This document shows positions 1 to 19,781 of a DNA stretch of 64,000 bases, one piece after another (the stretch's first letter is position 1; each line of letters opens with the position of its first letter). Position numbers and translations under genes: made by a program. The notes beneath the pieces are model-generated. The model did no database searches. It was given only the letters and a program-made list of their open reading frames with translations, and was not told the DNA's origin. The DNA lies in NCBI RefSeq assembly GCF_009914755.1, contig NC_060928.1; one strand, given 5' to 3'. The stretch is from the human T2T-CHM13v2.0 reference genome, Homo sapiens.

Positions 1-99
1 TCTTAAACAAAAAATTTGGGTGTATGTGTGTGTGCTTTAATTTTTTGTTTAACAATATAGTCTAAACATTACTCCATGTAAGTTCATAGTAGAATCTTA

Positions 100-1482
100 A
101 CTCAGAATCCTTATCATTTTTTGTAGCTACATAGTACTCCATCATGTAAATGTGCCATAATTTAGCCAATTAATCTCTAATGTATGGGCATTTAGGTTGT
201 TTGCAGCATCCTGCAGTTACAAATAATGCTGAAAAGAATAATTCTATGCATACATTGTTTATATTTTGGTTAATTTTAGAGTAAATTTCTAAAAATGGGG
301 TTGCTAGGTCAAAGAGTAAATACATATGTAATTATATTATATATTGACAAATTCCCCTCCATAGAGGATCTTCCATTTTTGTATTCCCATCTGCAGTGGA
401 GAAGATGAGTTGTTTCCTCATAGCCTTGCCAACAGAATGTGTTGTAATATTTTTAAATTTTTGCCAACCTAAGAAATGTTATCTCAGTATAGTTTTGATT
501 TGCATTTTTCTTATTATGAGAAAAGTTGAATGCATTTTCATATGTTTGAGAGCCATTTTATATTACTTTTGTGTTGTCAGTTCATATATCTTGCCCATTT
601 TTCAATTGAATTTTTGGTCTTCTTTCCTTAATTATTAATATTTTTATATATATTAGGGATGTCAGTGTCAGTACTTTGTGATACACGTTGAGACATTTTT
701 TTCACAACTTGTCATTTATCTTTTAACTTTGCTAATGGTGTTATTTCTTATAAAATTTTTTTAATGTAGGCAAATTTTTCAGTCTTTTAATGCATCAGTA
801 TTTTAAGTCATATTTAGAAGGCTTTTCTTATATATGGATTATGGAGGAATTCGCCAATGTTTTCTTTGAGTTTAATTTTCGCATTTAGATCTCTGATCCA
901 TTTGAAGTTTATTCTTGTAGTTGGTATGAGGAATAGTTCTCATTTTTTTGTTCCAAATGATTATTTGGTTTTACTAGCACCATTTATTTTTCAAAATTCA
1001 TCTTTGCCCGAGTGTAGTTTGAATTTTCTATTCTATTCCATTGGTCTTAGTTTTCAAGCACCAACACCTTATTATTTTAATTATTGATTAGCTTTATTAT
1101 TAATATCAAAAACCTTTTTTATAGAGAGACATTTTAGTCCTCCCCTACCCCACCAACCCATAGTGCCTCCTTCTCAGTGTTTTCTTAGCTCTTCTTATGT
1201 GTTTCTCCTTCTGTATAAACTTCAGTATCAGCTTGATTTCCTTCAGGTAGAAAGCTTGTTGGTATGTTTGTTGGGATCACAAATGTACGTATCACTTAAA
1301 GAGAATGAAATTGGATGCTTTATCAAAGAAAAAGAATGGTTTCCATTTGTGTTATTTAGGAACACTTTATGATTCTCATATAGATTTTGCACATTTTTTA
1401 AGCTGTGCTAAGCATTTTGTTTACTTATTTCTTTAAGGCTATCTTAAATGGAGTTTTTCTTTCATTATAACTCCCAAATTGT
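100..1482 (-). mobile_element. Ancient L1 (L1M-type) 3' region, antisense
   Basis: Typical antisense L1 3' motifs (gggcatttaggttgttt, aaataatgctg, tatctcagtatagttttgatttgcattt, ttagatctctgatccatttg); highly diverged. Confidence 0.7.
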
Positions 1483-2805
1483 TATATATATATATTTATA
1501 TATATATTTATATATATATTTATATATATATTTATATATATATTTATATATATATTTATATATATTTATATATATATTTATATATATATATTTATATATA
1601 TTTTTATATATTTATATATATATTTATATATATTTATATATATATTTATATATATTTATATATATATTTATATATATTTATATATATTTATATATATATT
1701 TATATATATTTACATATATTTATATATATATTTACATATATTTATATATATATTTTTATATTTATATATATATTTTTATATATTTATATATTTATATATT
1801 TATATATATATTTATATATATTTATATATTTATATATATATTTATATATATTTATATATATTTATATATTTATATATATATTTATATATATTTATATATT
1901 TATATATATATTTATATATTTATATATATATTTATATATATTTATATATTTATATATATATTTATATATATTTATATATTTATATATATATTTATATATA
2001 TTTATATATTTATATATATTTTTATATATTTATATATTTATATATTTATATATATTTTTATATATTTATATATTTATATATTTATATATATTTATATATA
2101 TTTATATATTTATATTTTTTATATATTTATATATTTATATATTTATATATATTTATATATATTTATATATTTATATATTTATATATATTTATATATTTAT
2201 ATATTTATATATTTATATATTTATATATTTATATATATTTATATATTTATATATTTATATATTTATATATATTTATATATATTTATATATATTTATATAT
2301 ATTTATAGATATATTTATATATATTTATATATATTTATATATTTATATATATTTATATATTTATGTATATTTATATATATTTATATATATTTATGTATAT
2401 TTATATGTATATTTTTATATATTTATATATATTTTTATATATTTATATATATTTATATATATTTATATATATTTATATGTATATTTTTATATATTTACAT
2501 ATATTTATATGTATATTTATCTATATTTATCTATATTTATCTATATTTATGTATATTTATATATATTTACATATATTTATGTATATTTATATATATTTAT
2601 ATATATTTATATATATTTATATATATATTTATATATATTTATATATATTTATATATATTTATATATATTTATATGTATTTATATATATTTATATGTATTT
2701 ATTTATATTTATATATATATTTTATATATATTTTTATATATTTATATATATATTTTATATATATTTATATATATATTTTTATATATTTTATATATATTTA
2801 TATAT
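1483..2805. repeat. ~1.3 kb TA-rich compound microsatellite / low-complexity array
   Basis: Directly visible (TA)n runs separated by TTT, with a 30-bp sub-period around 1800-2010 and G/C interruptions after ~2300. Confidence 0.98.
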
Positions 2806-5247
2806 GCTATTTATTTTAGCCTGTTAATTTTATATTCTGCTCCCTTGTTAAAATCTTTTAATGCTTGAGTTAGTTTTATTATTGATTCTCTAGCATATTT
2901 TTAAGTTACTGTCTGCAACTAGTTGATTCTTTTTTTTTAATACTTATTGTCTCCAATTGTTTTTCTTTCTTTAATCACATTGGCTTATACTTCCAACACA
3001 ATATTAAATAATATTGGAGATGGTGGACTTAACGCATCTTGCTCCGGGTCCCTGTAGGATTCAAGTATATGTTATTTTATTATGTCAAGAAAATATCCAT
3101 TTATCTCTGTTTTTCCTAAGTGTTTTTGTTAGAATGAAACTTTGTCAAAGGCTTTTTTCAGCATCTATGGGAATATTCATATGATTTTTTTTGTCGTGAG
3201 ACCTATTATATGGTGAATCATATTAATAAAATTTTTAATGTGAAATCATCTTTTCGTTCTTTATATACATCACATTTGGTCATAGTTTATTGTGTTGTTA
3301 ATACGATAATTGATTCTGTTCATTAATATTTTATTTAAAAATGTTACATCAATATTCATGAGTGTTTTAGTACCACTATTTTATCAAACTTAGAGATAAA
3401 TGTTTAATTCACTTTATTTAAAGAATTTGGATGGTGTTCCTTATTTTCTTCATTTTCATTGCTCTAAAACAAGTTATATCTCATCAATTTACCTAATATT
3501 TAGGATTTGGCTACATTTCCCCTGTGAAAACTTCTAGGGTTGGTATTTTCTTGTGTGTTAGTTCCCTGATAAGTCTCTCTATTTCTTCTAAGAACATTAG
3601 TCTATTGAAACTTTCTCTTTCTACTAGGATCAATTTTGGTAAATTTGATTTTAAGTTTATTTGCATAGAGATAGGCAAATTATTCAGTTATGATATATGT
3701 TTCCTCTTTATTAATAATTATTTTCCTTTTGTCATTTCTTAATTTGTATATCTGTATATTTTTCCTTGATTATTTTAGCTATTGGTTATTGTATTTTTAT
3801 GATTTTTTTAAAGAATCAGTATTTTTATTTATTAATTTACCCTGCTATTTCTCTGTTTTCTGCCTCATTAAATATTGTTTAGAATTTATTATATCCTGCC
3901 TGATGCTTCCTTTTGGTTTGCTTTATTGTTCTGTTTCTGGCTTTATTTACTTAGGATTTAATGTGTTTATTTTTATTCTTTCATTTTTATTGATATAGGT
4001 GTTTGGGGTTATTCTTCATAATTGTTCCGTCTGATCTCTGCTCTAAATATGTCTCACAGGTGTGGTTATGTAGTGTTTCATCATTATTTTTCAGAAATCT
4101 GTAAGTTATGTTTGCATTTCCTCTTTCACTCAAGATTTGTTTTTTTAAAAAGGCTTTTTAATATCCACATGAAAGATTGTTTTTGGTTTTGAACTCCTTT
4201 AAAATTTCTATGTTCTTTGGCTCTTCTATATCCTTACCTTTTCCTTTGTCTACTTCATCTAGTTGGTATTGTGGGTGGTGATTTCTAGTCTCTTATTATT
4301 ATTATGTTTCTATGTATTCTCCTTTTTATCTTTTGTAGTTTCTGCTTTATAATACTGATAATTGTGCTGTTTAAAACATAGGTATTCATAACTATTATTT
4401 TTTAGCTGTAAACTGTGGCTTGTAGTATTATAAAGTGTTCTTTTTTATCTGATTAACTATTTTTGCCATGAAATCTGTTTTGTCTGATAATAGGTTTATA
4501 TCAGCCCAGTATAAATTTGCCCATCATTGTATTTTTAGCTTTTTTAACTCCCATTGCTTTACGTATTTCTTTTTTAATCAGCATAGAGTTAGGGTTGCTA
4601 TATGAGACAATAAGAAAGCTTTTTTCTTTTTATGGGCAATTTAAGCCTATTTACATTTATTGACACAGTTGATCTAAATACAATCATATTACTTTATGTT
4701 ACAGTTACTGCAAAGTTTATGTAAGATTGTGTATCTTCTATATGGCATGTCTTGTTTGCATTTTTCTTAATATTTATTCTCAATTTCTTGATGTTTAGGA
4801 TGATTTAATTTTTTGTTCTACTGGTCCTCTTTGGACGTATGCTCTAATTCCCTCTTACTTTTTCTTATCATCAGTTTATCAACTTATAAAATGGTATCCC
4901 TTGACTCCTACCTATTATCTACAGAGCAGTCAATGACCTTACTCCACTTTCCCTTTCTCATTCCCCACTCTTCCCATTTTTAGTTGCATTCTTTCTCCTT
5001 CTTAAGACTATATAATGTTGACATACCACCCTTTCACCCATGTCACCAGCCTCCTTTAGTCTTAGGTATACAACTAAATTTATTAAATATTCAACATTAG
5101 TTCTCTTGCCCAAGCTTTTCCTGTCATTTCTCTGTTAAATGAAGCTCAGTTAAATGCAGTTAGATTTCTTAAATGTCATTTATCTGTTAAATAAAGCTAG
5201 ATTCCTTGGAAATAGCTTGTTAGTATTTTCTGAGTTCTTGTGATTTT

Positions 5248-5250
<3 letters not shown>

Positions 5251-5286
<36 letters not shown>
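5251..5286. repeat. (AT)18 pure dinucleotide microsatellite
   Basis: Directly visible. Confidence 0.95.
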
Positions 5287-5289
<3 letters not shown>

Positions 5290-5299
5290 CTTTGGCACT

Positions 5300-5780
5300 T
5301 GTAGTGGGTTGAATTGTGACCACCAAGAAGATATGTTCAAGCTGTAATTTCTCATGCCTGTGAACATAACCCAATTTGGGAACAGGGTCTTTGCACATGT
5401 AATTAGTCAAGGATCTCCAGATGAAATCATCCCAGACTTAGAATGAGCTCTAAATCCAATGATTGGTGTCTTTATAAGCAAAAAGAGAGGTAGATTTAGG
5501 CATAGACACATAGAGAGATATACAGAGAAAGGCCATGTGCAGACAAAGACAGAGATTGAAATGATACAGCCACAAGCCAAGAAATGCCAAGGACTGCCAG
5601 AAGCCACCAGAAGCTAGGAAGAGGCATGGAATATTCTTCCCTAGAGGCTTCAGAGGGCACATGGCCATGCCAACAGCTTGATTCAGACTTCTAGCTTCCA
5701 GAACTGTAAGAGAATACATTTCTGTTTTAAACCACCAAGTTTATAATAAGTTGTTAATGTATCCCTAAGAAACCCATACA
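5300..5780 (+). mobile_element. MLT1B/C-type MaLR solo LTR
   Basis: TG...CA ends, MLT1 motifs (ccaccagaagctaggaagagg, ccagaactgtaagagaata) and a perfect 5-bp TSD GCACT at 5295-5299 and 5781-5785. Confidence 0.88.
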
Positions 5781-6642
5781 GCACTTAAGACATAACTTGG
5801 CTGAATATAAAAACACTTATCTCTCATTCTTCTTGAGTTCTCCAAAGTGCTGCTCAACTGTTACCTTATTTTGATAAATCTGATACCAATTTAATTTTTT
5901 AGTAATTTGGACCTGAGGCTCTTGAATTAGTCTTTAGAATTTAGTAACTTTACTAGAGTTTACTATTTCAAATCAGTTTTCCCAGGTTCACCACAGGCCC
6001 TTTCAATATTTAGATTTAAGTTTGCCCTCATTTTTATAAAGTTTTCTTGGATTACAGCTTTAAATATTAGTTCTGTTTCATTGTTATTTCATTTTAGTTT
6101 TTCAGCAACTCCAATTATACTTAATTTGGATTTTCATTGTCTTTTTAATTTAATCACCCTTTACTTTCTTTTTTATATCATTTTCTCTTAGCTGTTTTTC
6201 TGTCTTCTTAAAATGCTTCTTATTGAATTATCATCTGAGTCTACTCCCCATTGGGTACCTTGCTATTTAATCTTCATTTCTGAGATTGTTTTTACCCCTT
6301 AATTTATTTCCCAATTTCAATCAACCCTCATTACATTTCTTATTTTTTAAAACAATTTCTGTTCTTATTGAGTTTTTATGCTGTGTGTTTTTATAATAGC
6401 TCCAAATATTTACCCGATTATATTAAATTCACTGTAGAGTATGATTCAGCTTACTGATTGATTCTTTGGTGAGAATTTTCATCAGCTGAAGTACTTTATT
6501 TTCATTTTCTATTTATAGTACCATTTATGGAGTTAGTCTGATTTTTCTGTGTTAGACATAAGAATTTCTAGTTCAATATCACCCTCTTCCATCATAACAG
6601 TGCATCGCAGTTTCTATAATGAATAATATTAGTTGTTGGGAG

Positions 6643-7035
6643 TGTTAAACCAAGTTTAGCCTAAAGCTGCCTCCTTACATATTTTAAGTTCTGCCTAAAG
6701 GTTTTTCTGTACATCATGAACTATAACAAGTGGAGGTGTAAACAGACCATAGCCTACACTTGTGCCAATCATTGAGTTTTGGCCAAATCTAGTCAACTGT
6801 TCAAACCGTGTTCAAATAAGGCAAACATCAAGCTGTAACCAATCTGGCTGTTTCTCTACCTCACTTTCCTTTTCTGTACATCACTTCCTTTTTCTGTCCA
6901 TAACTCTTCTTCCACCACGTGCTGTGCTGGAGTCTTTGAGCCTACTCTGGCTCAGATGGCTGCCCAATTAGCAGGTCGTTTGTTGCTCAATTAAACTCCT
7001 TTAAATTTAATTAGGCTGAAGTTTTTCTTTTATCA
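6643..7035 (+). mobile_element. MER57-type ERV1 solo LTR
   Basis: Starts tgttaaaccaagtttagcctaaagctgcctcc, contains ttcaaataaggcaaac and ctgtaaccaatc, ends CA. Flanks ggag/ggtg. Confidence 0.8.
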
Positions 7036-7987
7036 GGTGGAAGGGAAGAGCTGGTATGTCTTATTTTTCTTTTCATTTCTGTGTTATTCTTAATTTTCCC
7101 CTTACTGCCTTCTTTTCCTTCCATGTTACTTCTCCAAAGGAAAATCTCTTTTTCTATGTACTTGCTTTTCCCTTAGAAGAAATGCTTCTCTCAGCCCGCT
7201 ACCTCCAGTTTCACTCACATTCCAGACTCCCCTTTGTAGCTGGTGCTGTGAACTAAGTCCCAGACCTCAATTTAATAGTTAGGACTTTTTTGTATGGTAG
7301 CTTTTTTTTTTTTTAAACCTATGCTACACCTACGGCCTCCGTGTTCCTCTCTCCCACCATGGGCACCCATAGACAGCTGTAGCAGTGGGAACTGCAACTG
7401 TAACTCCGTTTGAATTTGTATTTATTTCTCTACTTACAGGTAATTTGGAATTTGTAAGATTCTCTGTTTCCTACTAAGGCTGTAGGCATACATCACGTGT
7501 GGCTCCTTTGGGTTCATTTTTTATTTTAGGATTTGAGGGAGAGTTTTTGGAGAGGTCTAGATTTAAGTGGTCATCATTGTCCCAGAGCCAACCAAAACTC
7601 CCTATTATCCCTTTCAATGTTTTCTCCCTCTTATTTCTCCCTTCTCTAATTTTAGACCCCTTACTATATGCATATTAAACTCTCTGTTTTCTTTCCATGT
7701 CTCTTAATTTGTTTCTTGTGTTATATATTTTTTCTTCTACATTCTTTCATTTTTATTTTCTATGTGTATTTCTGTTGTGTAATATTCTCAGATAAATCTT
7801 GTGATTTATTCCTCCTTTCTTCAACCGTGGCTAGTGTAACATTTAACACTCCTGTGGAAATTGTTTCCCAAGTTATTTTTTCATGACTAATGGCTTTAAG
7901 ATAACAATGGTATGTACTTCATAGGATTATCAGAAGCATTAAGAGTTTTAAAAGGCTACAATGCGTCACATATTTCCTGGTACATAG

Positions 7988-8342
7988 TATTTACTTTAGA
8001 CCATTCGGGCTGCCATAACAAAATACCATAGCTTATAAAACAACAGCAATTTCTCACAGTTCTGCAGGCAAGGAAGTCTAAGATGAAGGCACCTTTAGGT
8101 TTGGTGTCTGGTGAAGGGCTGTTTCCTGGTTCTTAGATGACACCTTCTCCTGTGTCTTCACATGGTGGAAGAGATAAGGCGGCTCAGTAGGGCCTCTTTT
8201 ATAAGGACACTAAGCCCATTCATGAGGGCTCCATCCTCATGACCTAATCACCTCTCAATGGCCCCATCTCCTAGTACTATCCCATTGGTGATTAGGTTTT
8301 GACATATAAATCTGGTAGGACACACACTTTCAAACCATAACA
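7988..8342 (-). mobile_element. MLT1A/MST-like MaLR LTR
   Basis: Antisense motifs gggctgccataacaaaatacc, catgacctaatcacctc, caaaccataaca. Confidence 0.75.
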
Positions 8343-11300
8343 GTACTCGTTAATTGTCAGCTATCACTATTATATATTTAGGATACTCGACTCTAGCTCT
8401 CATTCCTATAGGACCTTCAACCTAAACTTCTCTTCCACTGCAGATGTCAAAATCCCAGGCCCCAGCCATTTAAACCTTTATCTACTTCCTATAACTCCAT
8501 CATCCAATTTAATTTCAACTCCCACACGCCCCTTTGTGGATTTCTTTTGATTCTGGCTTGGCTATGTGTCAAAAAATATTATATTTTATAATAATGATAA
8601 TAATAAATTATAAAAGATTTAAAGCACTTTTCATAGCATCCATTTGAAACCCAAGATAACTGTCTTTTCCATCCATATCTGATAAGAAATTCCCTGCAGC
8701 AGCACTTAGGACTTAGCTTGAAAGCTGCCCAGTGGAATTATAATCTGTCCAAACTCTGAGAATGTGTCTGGCCTCTGTCTTCCCCTTCTTTTTGAATAAT
8801 CCCTTTGAAATATCCTAGAACAGTCTAAGTTCCAAAGGAGTAGGTGAAACTCTTGACAGCTGCACAGGGGATTAGGGGGAACACTCTCACTCCCACATTT
8901 GTGTAGAATCAGCTTAAGTACTTTCAATATTCTTGCTTTATACTATAATTTTGGCCGACTATACAAAAAGCACTTTATTAAGAAATAGAAGTTCGCACTC
9001 AAATTCCCTTTAGGGAAATTTTTTTTTGAAACATGAAAACAGGTCATTTGAGCCAAATAATTGATAAAAATAAATTGGCATCAAACAGAAAGTAAGAAAA
9101 AAAGAGAGAGACTAGAAAAAGGAAAAGGCCACTTCCAACATACTGCAGTGTAAGGATCAGAGAAAATTTATTGTATCTATTTTGGTCAACAAACTTCACT
9201 GTAAAACCTTTTTCTTAAGCCTATTGATCAAAGTCAGTCAGGTTTCCAGATAAAAAGGGAACCTACTATGAATAATGTGGAGAAGAAAAAGAGGCGTCAA
9301 AAAAAAAATGCTAGCACTGGGCAAAGGATAAGGGAAAAGATGATGCTGGAGGCCAGGGCTCTGAAGGAAACAAATACTCAAGCTATTGTAATAGGGATGC
9401 ATCAAAGTGAAATGCAAATTATAATAAGAAAACTATCAAAAAATATGCTTGGATTTCTTTGTGTGAAACCTAGTAAAAAGACTGAGTTTTGCATCGAAGC
9501 TTACATAAAGCTGAAAATAATCGCATGTAGATAGGAAGAAATTTCTACATCTTGGTTATGGTAGAAATTGAGTCTCTTAAAAGTTTATAATAGACATTGT
9601 GTCTTGACATAATAAAAATTTTAACATATGTAGTGGGAGGAAATAAATGTTTTATGCAAGCAAAGATGAAAAATCCAGAAGACAACATTACAAAATGTTG
9701 CTGTTATTGTTGCTTAACCAGGACCTCTTTTCATAGATCCACCAGTGGCTTCAGCTAGGGATATTGGCCCTGAAACACTTTTGATAGGTATTGAAACTAT
9801 TGGTTCCATCTCCTGGGACCACCATCAGTAGGAATAGAATTAATCCTTGCTAATCAGCCAAGCATTGTATTGCCTTAAGCAGTACAGGTGGCCACATCTA
9901 GATGAAATGCAGAAATCACATATCCCTTCTATTCCTGTGTGTTCTTGCCTAGTAATCTGTAATTCTCCTGGCTATAAACTGTTCCTTCCTAGCAACAATA
10001 TACCATAATTTCACTGGCCATTCTTATTCATTAATACCAGCTGCTTAGCAGTGCCTGAAGGTATCAGAAGAAATATGTGTAGATGGTTTTACCATATGGT
10101 TGTTAAAAGCTGATGAAGTCCTTTCATGTAAAGCTGGTGTTGGCCAGACACCATATGCATGAAGCAAAGGCCAGCAATATGAAATGAGAATCAAGGCTTG
10201 CTACAAAAGAAGAGTTCTTTTCTCTTTGTTACTTTTGACTTATGATCTTCTTTGTACCTGGGCATTAAGAGTAACTACAAATATCTAAGGCACTTTCACC
10301 ACTGTGAATTTACAAGTTGTGTTTCGCAGATCACACTTTATTGCAAGCATTGAAAATAAAGGCACAGGGTATGATAAATCAGTAAAAATGAAATCTGTTA
10401 CAAAGTTGTTTCAGGTTAACAGTCTGACAAGTGGACACTGTTCTGATCACAGTAAGGGTACTGGACTTTACGCTGAGATCAATGGGAAGCAACGGGAATA
10501 GGGGAGTGACTTGATCAGGTACACATCTTCAGACCATCACTCTGGCAATAGATGGAAAATGTACTGAAGAGGAGGAAGAGTGGATGAGTTGCTGATGGTT
10601 TGGGCTAGACAGTAGCTGTGAGGATGGAGAAACGATGCAATCCTCTGAAGTGTGGGAACAACAAATTGCATTTCAGTTCCCAGGCACTGATTTCTCAGTT
10701 CTGCCAAACATCTCCAACCCTGAAACCACAGCCATTATTCATCTCATTCTCTGTGCTAAAACAGCCTTGCTGGGTACCAGCCACCATGGCTACTGATAAT
10801 AAAAAGGCCAGAGTCTCAGCTGCAGCTGCCCGAGGAAATGGAACTAAAGCAGATGAAGGCAAGGCCTAAAGGAACGGGATTATGTTACTTACTGTGGGAT
10901 CTGAACAGAGATGACAGCAGCAGAGAGGAAAGGAGTCCACGGAACAAAGAATCAGCAGGGCACCAGCCACCGCTTAATCTGTTCCCCAAACAGTGATAAG
11001 AAAAGCATTCCTTTGATCAGTGTACACCAAGAAAGCCCTACACAGCCAGATTTCCTCCTGCAAAATAGGTCTTAAAGCCTTATTGAATTTGATTATCTAA
11101 AAAACACTCTCTGTTATAAAGATCTAAGAAACAAAGTACAAAAAAAAAATCAAAACAATCCAAAAAGCTTCTTTGGGAAGCCATTTGACAGTGTGGCAGC
11201 TGGATATAGGACCAATCCCAAGATAAGTGAAGACCTTCCATTTGATGAAAGAGCTAACCCTGCATATAATGCAGAGACCTAGACTCAGGCCATCTCATGG

Positions 11301-12079
11301 TATTCTGTGAACGTTATTGATTAACTTCAAATGGCAAGACAAAATTATGAACAGCAGTCCTGTAATTCAGTCAACCTTTAAGGGTAGAAGCAATGTTCAC
11401 CTGTACATAATTCTCTTGGACAAGACAGGTGGAAGCTGGCTGACAACAGGAAATCTATACAGATGCTTGAAAGTTGAAGAACGTTGATGTCAAACTGAAA
11501 AAATATTTTGAATGTATAATGAAGCACAAATAGATGAGCACACTTATCTGCACAGCAACATGAAAAATGCAGATACACCCAGCTTATGCACTGCTTATAG
11601 AAACTGATGAGTTTTTGTTAACATGGGATTATTAATTATTTCTGTAAGAAAAAATCAGCATGATGCTGAATGTTACAGTATCAAAAAAAGCTTAATTTAA
11701 AAAAAACCCAATCACTTAAGCTTCCCTAACTAAATAAGAAATCTAAACAATCATTACATATTCAGAAATAAAGCAGCACTTATACGCATGCAGTATGGAG
11801 AGAACTTCTAGCCAGAATTTAATGTTCTCAATCACTTAAGAACCATGAAAATAACCACATCACACGGTATTCGCTCCTCTAATAAAAATCAATCCTAGGT
11901 TAAGTTCCTCCTCAAGTTGAAATTCCCCACTACAGTTTAGACAAAACCAAAAGCATTATTTTTTCTTGTAATTTCTTGGTCTCAAGACAGAAAATTGAAA
12001 TTATTGGTCAGGTATAGGCATTTGTTTTTACATTTTCACTGATTGCAATTAGCAGAATGTGTCACTCTACAGAGTAGCT

Positions 12080-12959
<880 letters not shown>

Positions 12960-12989
12960 TCAGTGCAATTTTTAGAGTTAAATTCTAAA

Positions 12990-16812
<3,823 letters not shown>

Positions 16813-16837
16813 AATTTTAATGGGCTTAATCCTATAG

Positions 16838-17045
16838 ACCTCAGTGTGAAATAGAGTAGCCCCTAGCCATATGTAGCTATGTAAATTTGAATGAATTAAA
16901 CTTAAATTATATTTCAAAATTCAACTTCTCAGTCACACTGGCCACATTTTCAGTGCCCAGCAGCCACAGTGGCTAGAGATCACCATATCATGCAAAAGAG
17001 ATTATAGAATATTTTATCACAGAAAGTTTTATCAGATAGTGCTTT
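16838..17045. mobile_element. MER3-type hAT-Charlie MITE
   Basis: tagccatatgtagcta, ctcagtcacactggccacattt, cacagaaagttttat motifs. Confidence 0.7.
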
Positions 17046-19781
17046 TATAGACCAACCCAGAGCTCTGTCCATGCTTCTCTGTAGAAGAATGAGGCTGAGA
17101 GGGAACATGTATGTGGACAATGTATTCTGTCTGCTTAAGCATAAAACTAATTCAAAGCACAGTTCTAAGACATATATGTAACTGAACTGAGGAAAGAAAT
17201 GAAAAACTAGGTGTGGATTTTAAACAAAGTTGGTAAAACTTGTCCAGGCAGAGTTTTTTTAAGCACAAGTCCTAAAAAGTAAAACTTTTTTGATAATTAT
17301 GTTCCTCCAGCAGTAACTGATCTCATTTTGTCACTGAATATGGGAGAGATTCTTAGAGGAAAAATCATCTCAAGCTTAACCTTGCAAACCCGAGGCAAGC
17401 ATGCTGCTGTAATTGAATAGGACATGATGCAGAATTCATAAAGGCTTTTGCCTGACAGAGAATCATTAAGCTAAATCAACTGGAAAAGAACAAGGATCCG
17501 GTACCTTGGCATGGACCCATAAAAAATGTTGCTTTTCATTATGAGATTCCCTTTGTTCCTTGTGGGAAACTGTGCATCTACATGGATGTATATGTATATG
17601 TCTACACAGGAGAACTACAGAAAGAGATGCACAAACCAGTTATGCATCTGCACATATATAGATATGCCTTTAGAAAGAGGATATGCTTAATATGTGATCT
17701 TTTTAAAGGTCCTCTAGATACCTTGATGGGTTTTTTGTTTTTGTTTTTAGGTAAAGATCAAACAACAGAATTTCCAAAGTGATAGCTTTCTAACGACACT
17801 TAAGATGGGAATCAAGTTTAAGTGTGAGGTGAAGATTTATGACACACGAGAATATAAGATAAAAGTTATTTCATTTTATCTTGCATGGTCCTAAAAAGAA
17901 TTCCTGTTTCTGCCTCCCCCTAATAGTTTTTTCCTCAAGAATGCCATGTATGCTTATATAACAACAAACCTCAGCCACCAAAGACCTCTATGAGGGCAGC
18001 TTTCTCACTCTTTACTTTTTGATAAGAAGGGAAGGGTGCACTTACAACTACATTTCTATGTTTTCTATGAAAAAAATAATTATCTGTAGGACACCTCTGA
18101 GACCCGTTTGACAATGTGACTATCAGAACTAAATCCAGAGAGACATCTTTTCCAATATAAACACCTTAAAAGGCTATAATTATCCATATTTTCCAATGAA
18201 AGCCACCTTTAACTTTCTAAAATAATATTACATTTGCTCCATGGGCAGGGAATGGAGGAAAAGAACATGATGGAGGCCTGAACTCCCATCTCAAGAGCCT
18301 CAGAAACAGGGCATTGTGTCCAATTCCTCACAATAATTAGTTAAGCACACATCTTTCAATGCCATGGGAATCTAATCTCTAAGGATATTTCTATCTTCTG
18401 TTTCCATGCAGAGGACTAGTTCCTGCAACAACCAAAGCATACCAGATAACAGCAAGTGTGATACTCCAGTTACTTTAGGAAATGAGGTGAATGAAATGAC
18501 CTTAGGTATAGGCTATAAAGGCCTTTTTATGGTTCTAGTTGAACATACAAATACCATATCCATATACTCCAATATTTCCTCTTTTTTTCTTCTCTCACCT
18601 ACATTGAAATTAGCAGAGGTATATATAATAGCGAGAATTGCCCTGAAACTAAAAAATAATTTTTAAAATACCTTTTAGCTTAAACCAGGCATGGAAAATT
18701 TCAAGCCAAAAAGTTAAATTTGGAGAAAGTTACTAGCAGATGAGGACTAGGGCTATAACAGAAACCACATTGCAGACACTATCACATATGAGTCATTATT
18801 AAAAATGTTGTTTTATGTATATCTACATAGTAAGCTATATGTATGGTATGCTACAAGTTTATTGAGCTCAGATCTAGACATTATCTTGAAAATATTCACT
18901 AATGTTTGCAAAGCATTTTAACGTTTATAAAAGAAAGACACTATTTTTCCCCATAGAAGGTATTCAATACAAATTTGGCACATTGAATTACATTTGGATT
19001 TTATCATATTAGATTTTGGGATAGCATTACTGGTGCTAATACTAAGGTTATCTTTTCTAACTACAAAGAAAAATTGATTTCCTTAGTGCCAGCAAATCCT
19101 GGAGATTAAAGTGGGCATATTTAATTTGAAAGCAATTTTTTAATTTAATAAATTATTTATGTACAAATACACGTTGCCGATAGCAAACTCTATACTACTA
19201 TAAAAGACAAAGTATCCATCTACATTTAGAGAATGTAGCCTTCTACTTTGTGTGTCTGAAACTTAACTCCTCTCCCCGATCTTCAGTAAGGGGGAGCACT
19301 AAGGGGAGGATGATGGGACAATGACGGCTGCTCATCAAAATACTTTTCACTCAATTGGAGTTACCATCCCAAATGACTAAGACAGAGCCCTTTGCATCTA
19401 ATATAGAGACTCTTAATATAAGCCAGACACAGGAAAGGGTCCTAACACTCCAAAGCATATAAGCACCATGAACACAGGGATTTTTGTCCTTTTATTTATT
19501 GCTATATCCTCAATAACTATAATAGTGGCTAACATATTATTGGTGCATTATTTATTACATTCTCCCAGGAATAATTAAGTAACACCAACATTATTTCACT
19601 AGGAAAGGAGCAGAGTTAAAGTTATTTTAACAGAAAGAATTTCCTTTCCTCTTGTACTGTCTGAGATGAGATTAATAATGACCTTAGAGGTGTGTGTTTG
19701 GTCCTTCAGTGACTCGTGAGGAAGCAGTAACAACTCCAGCTGGTGGAGAAGCCAAACTGGAATCAGAATCTACATTCCAGG

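Larger units (their letters stand above)
2806..6500 (-). mobile_element. Continuation of fragmented ancient antisense L1 (L1M)
   Basis: T-rich sequence with antisense L1 ORF2/ORF1-region motifs (ttgtcaaaggcttttttcagcatctat, aatattcatgagtg). Boundaries approximate; interrupted by a microsatellite and an MLT1. Confidence 0.55.

Noticed and set aside
1448-2868. Long ORFs (286, 446, 154, 119 aa) rich in Y/I/F/L
   Set aside because: Translations of the TA repeat, which lacks stop codons on this strand; not genes.
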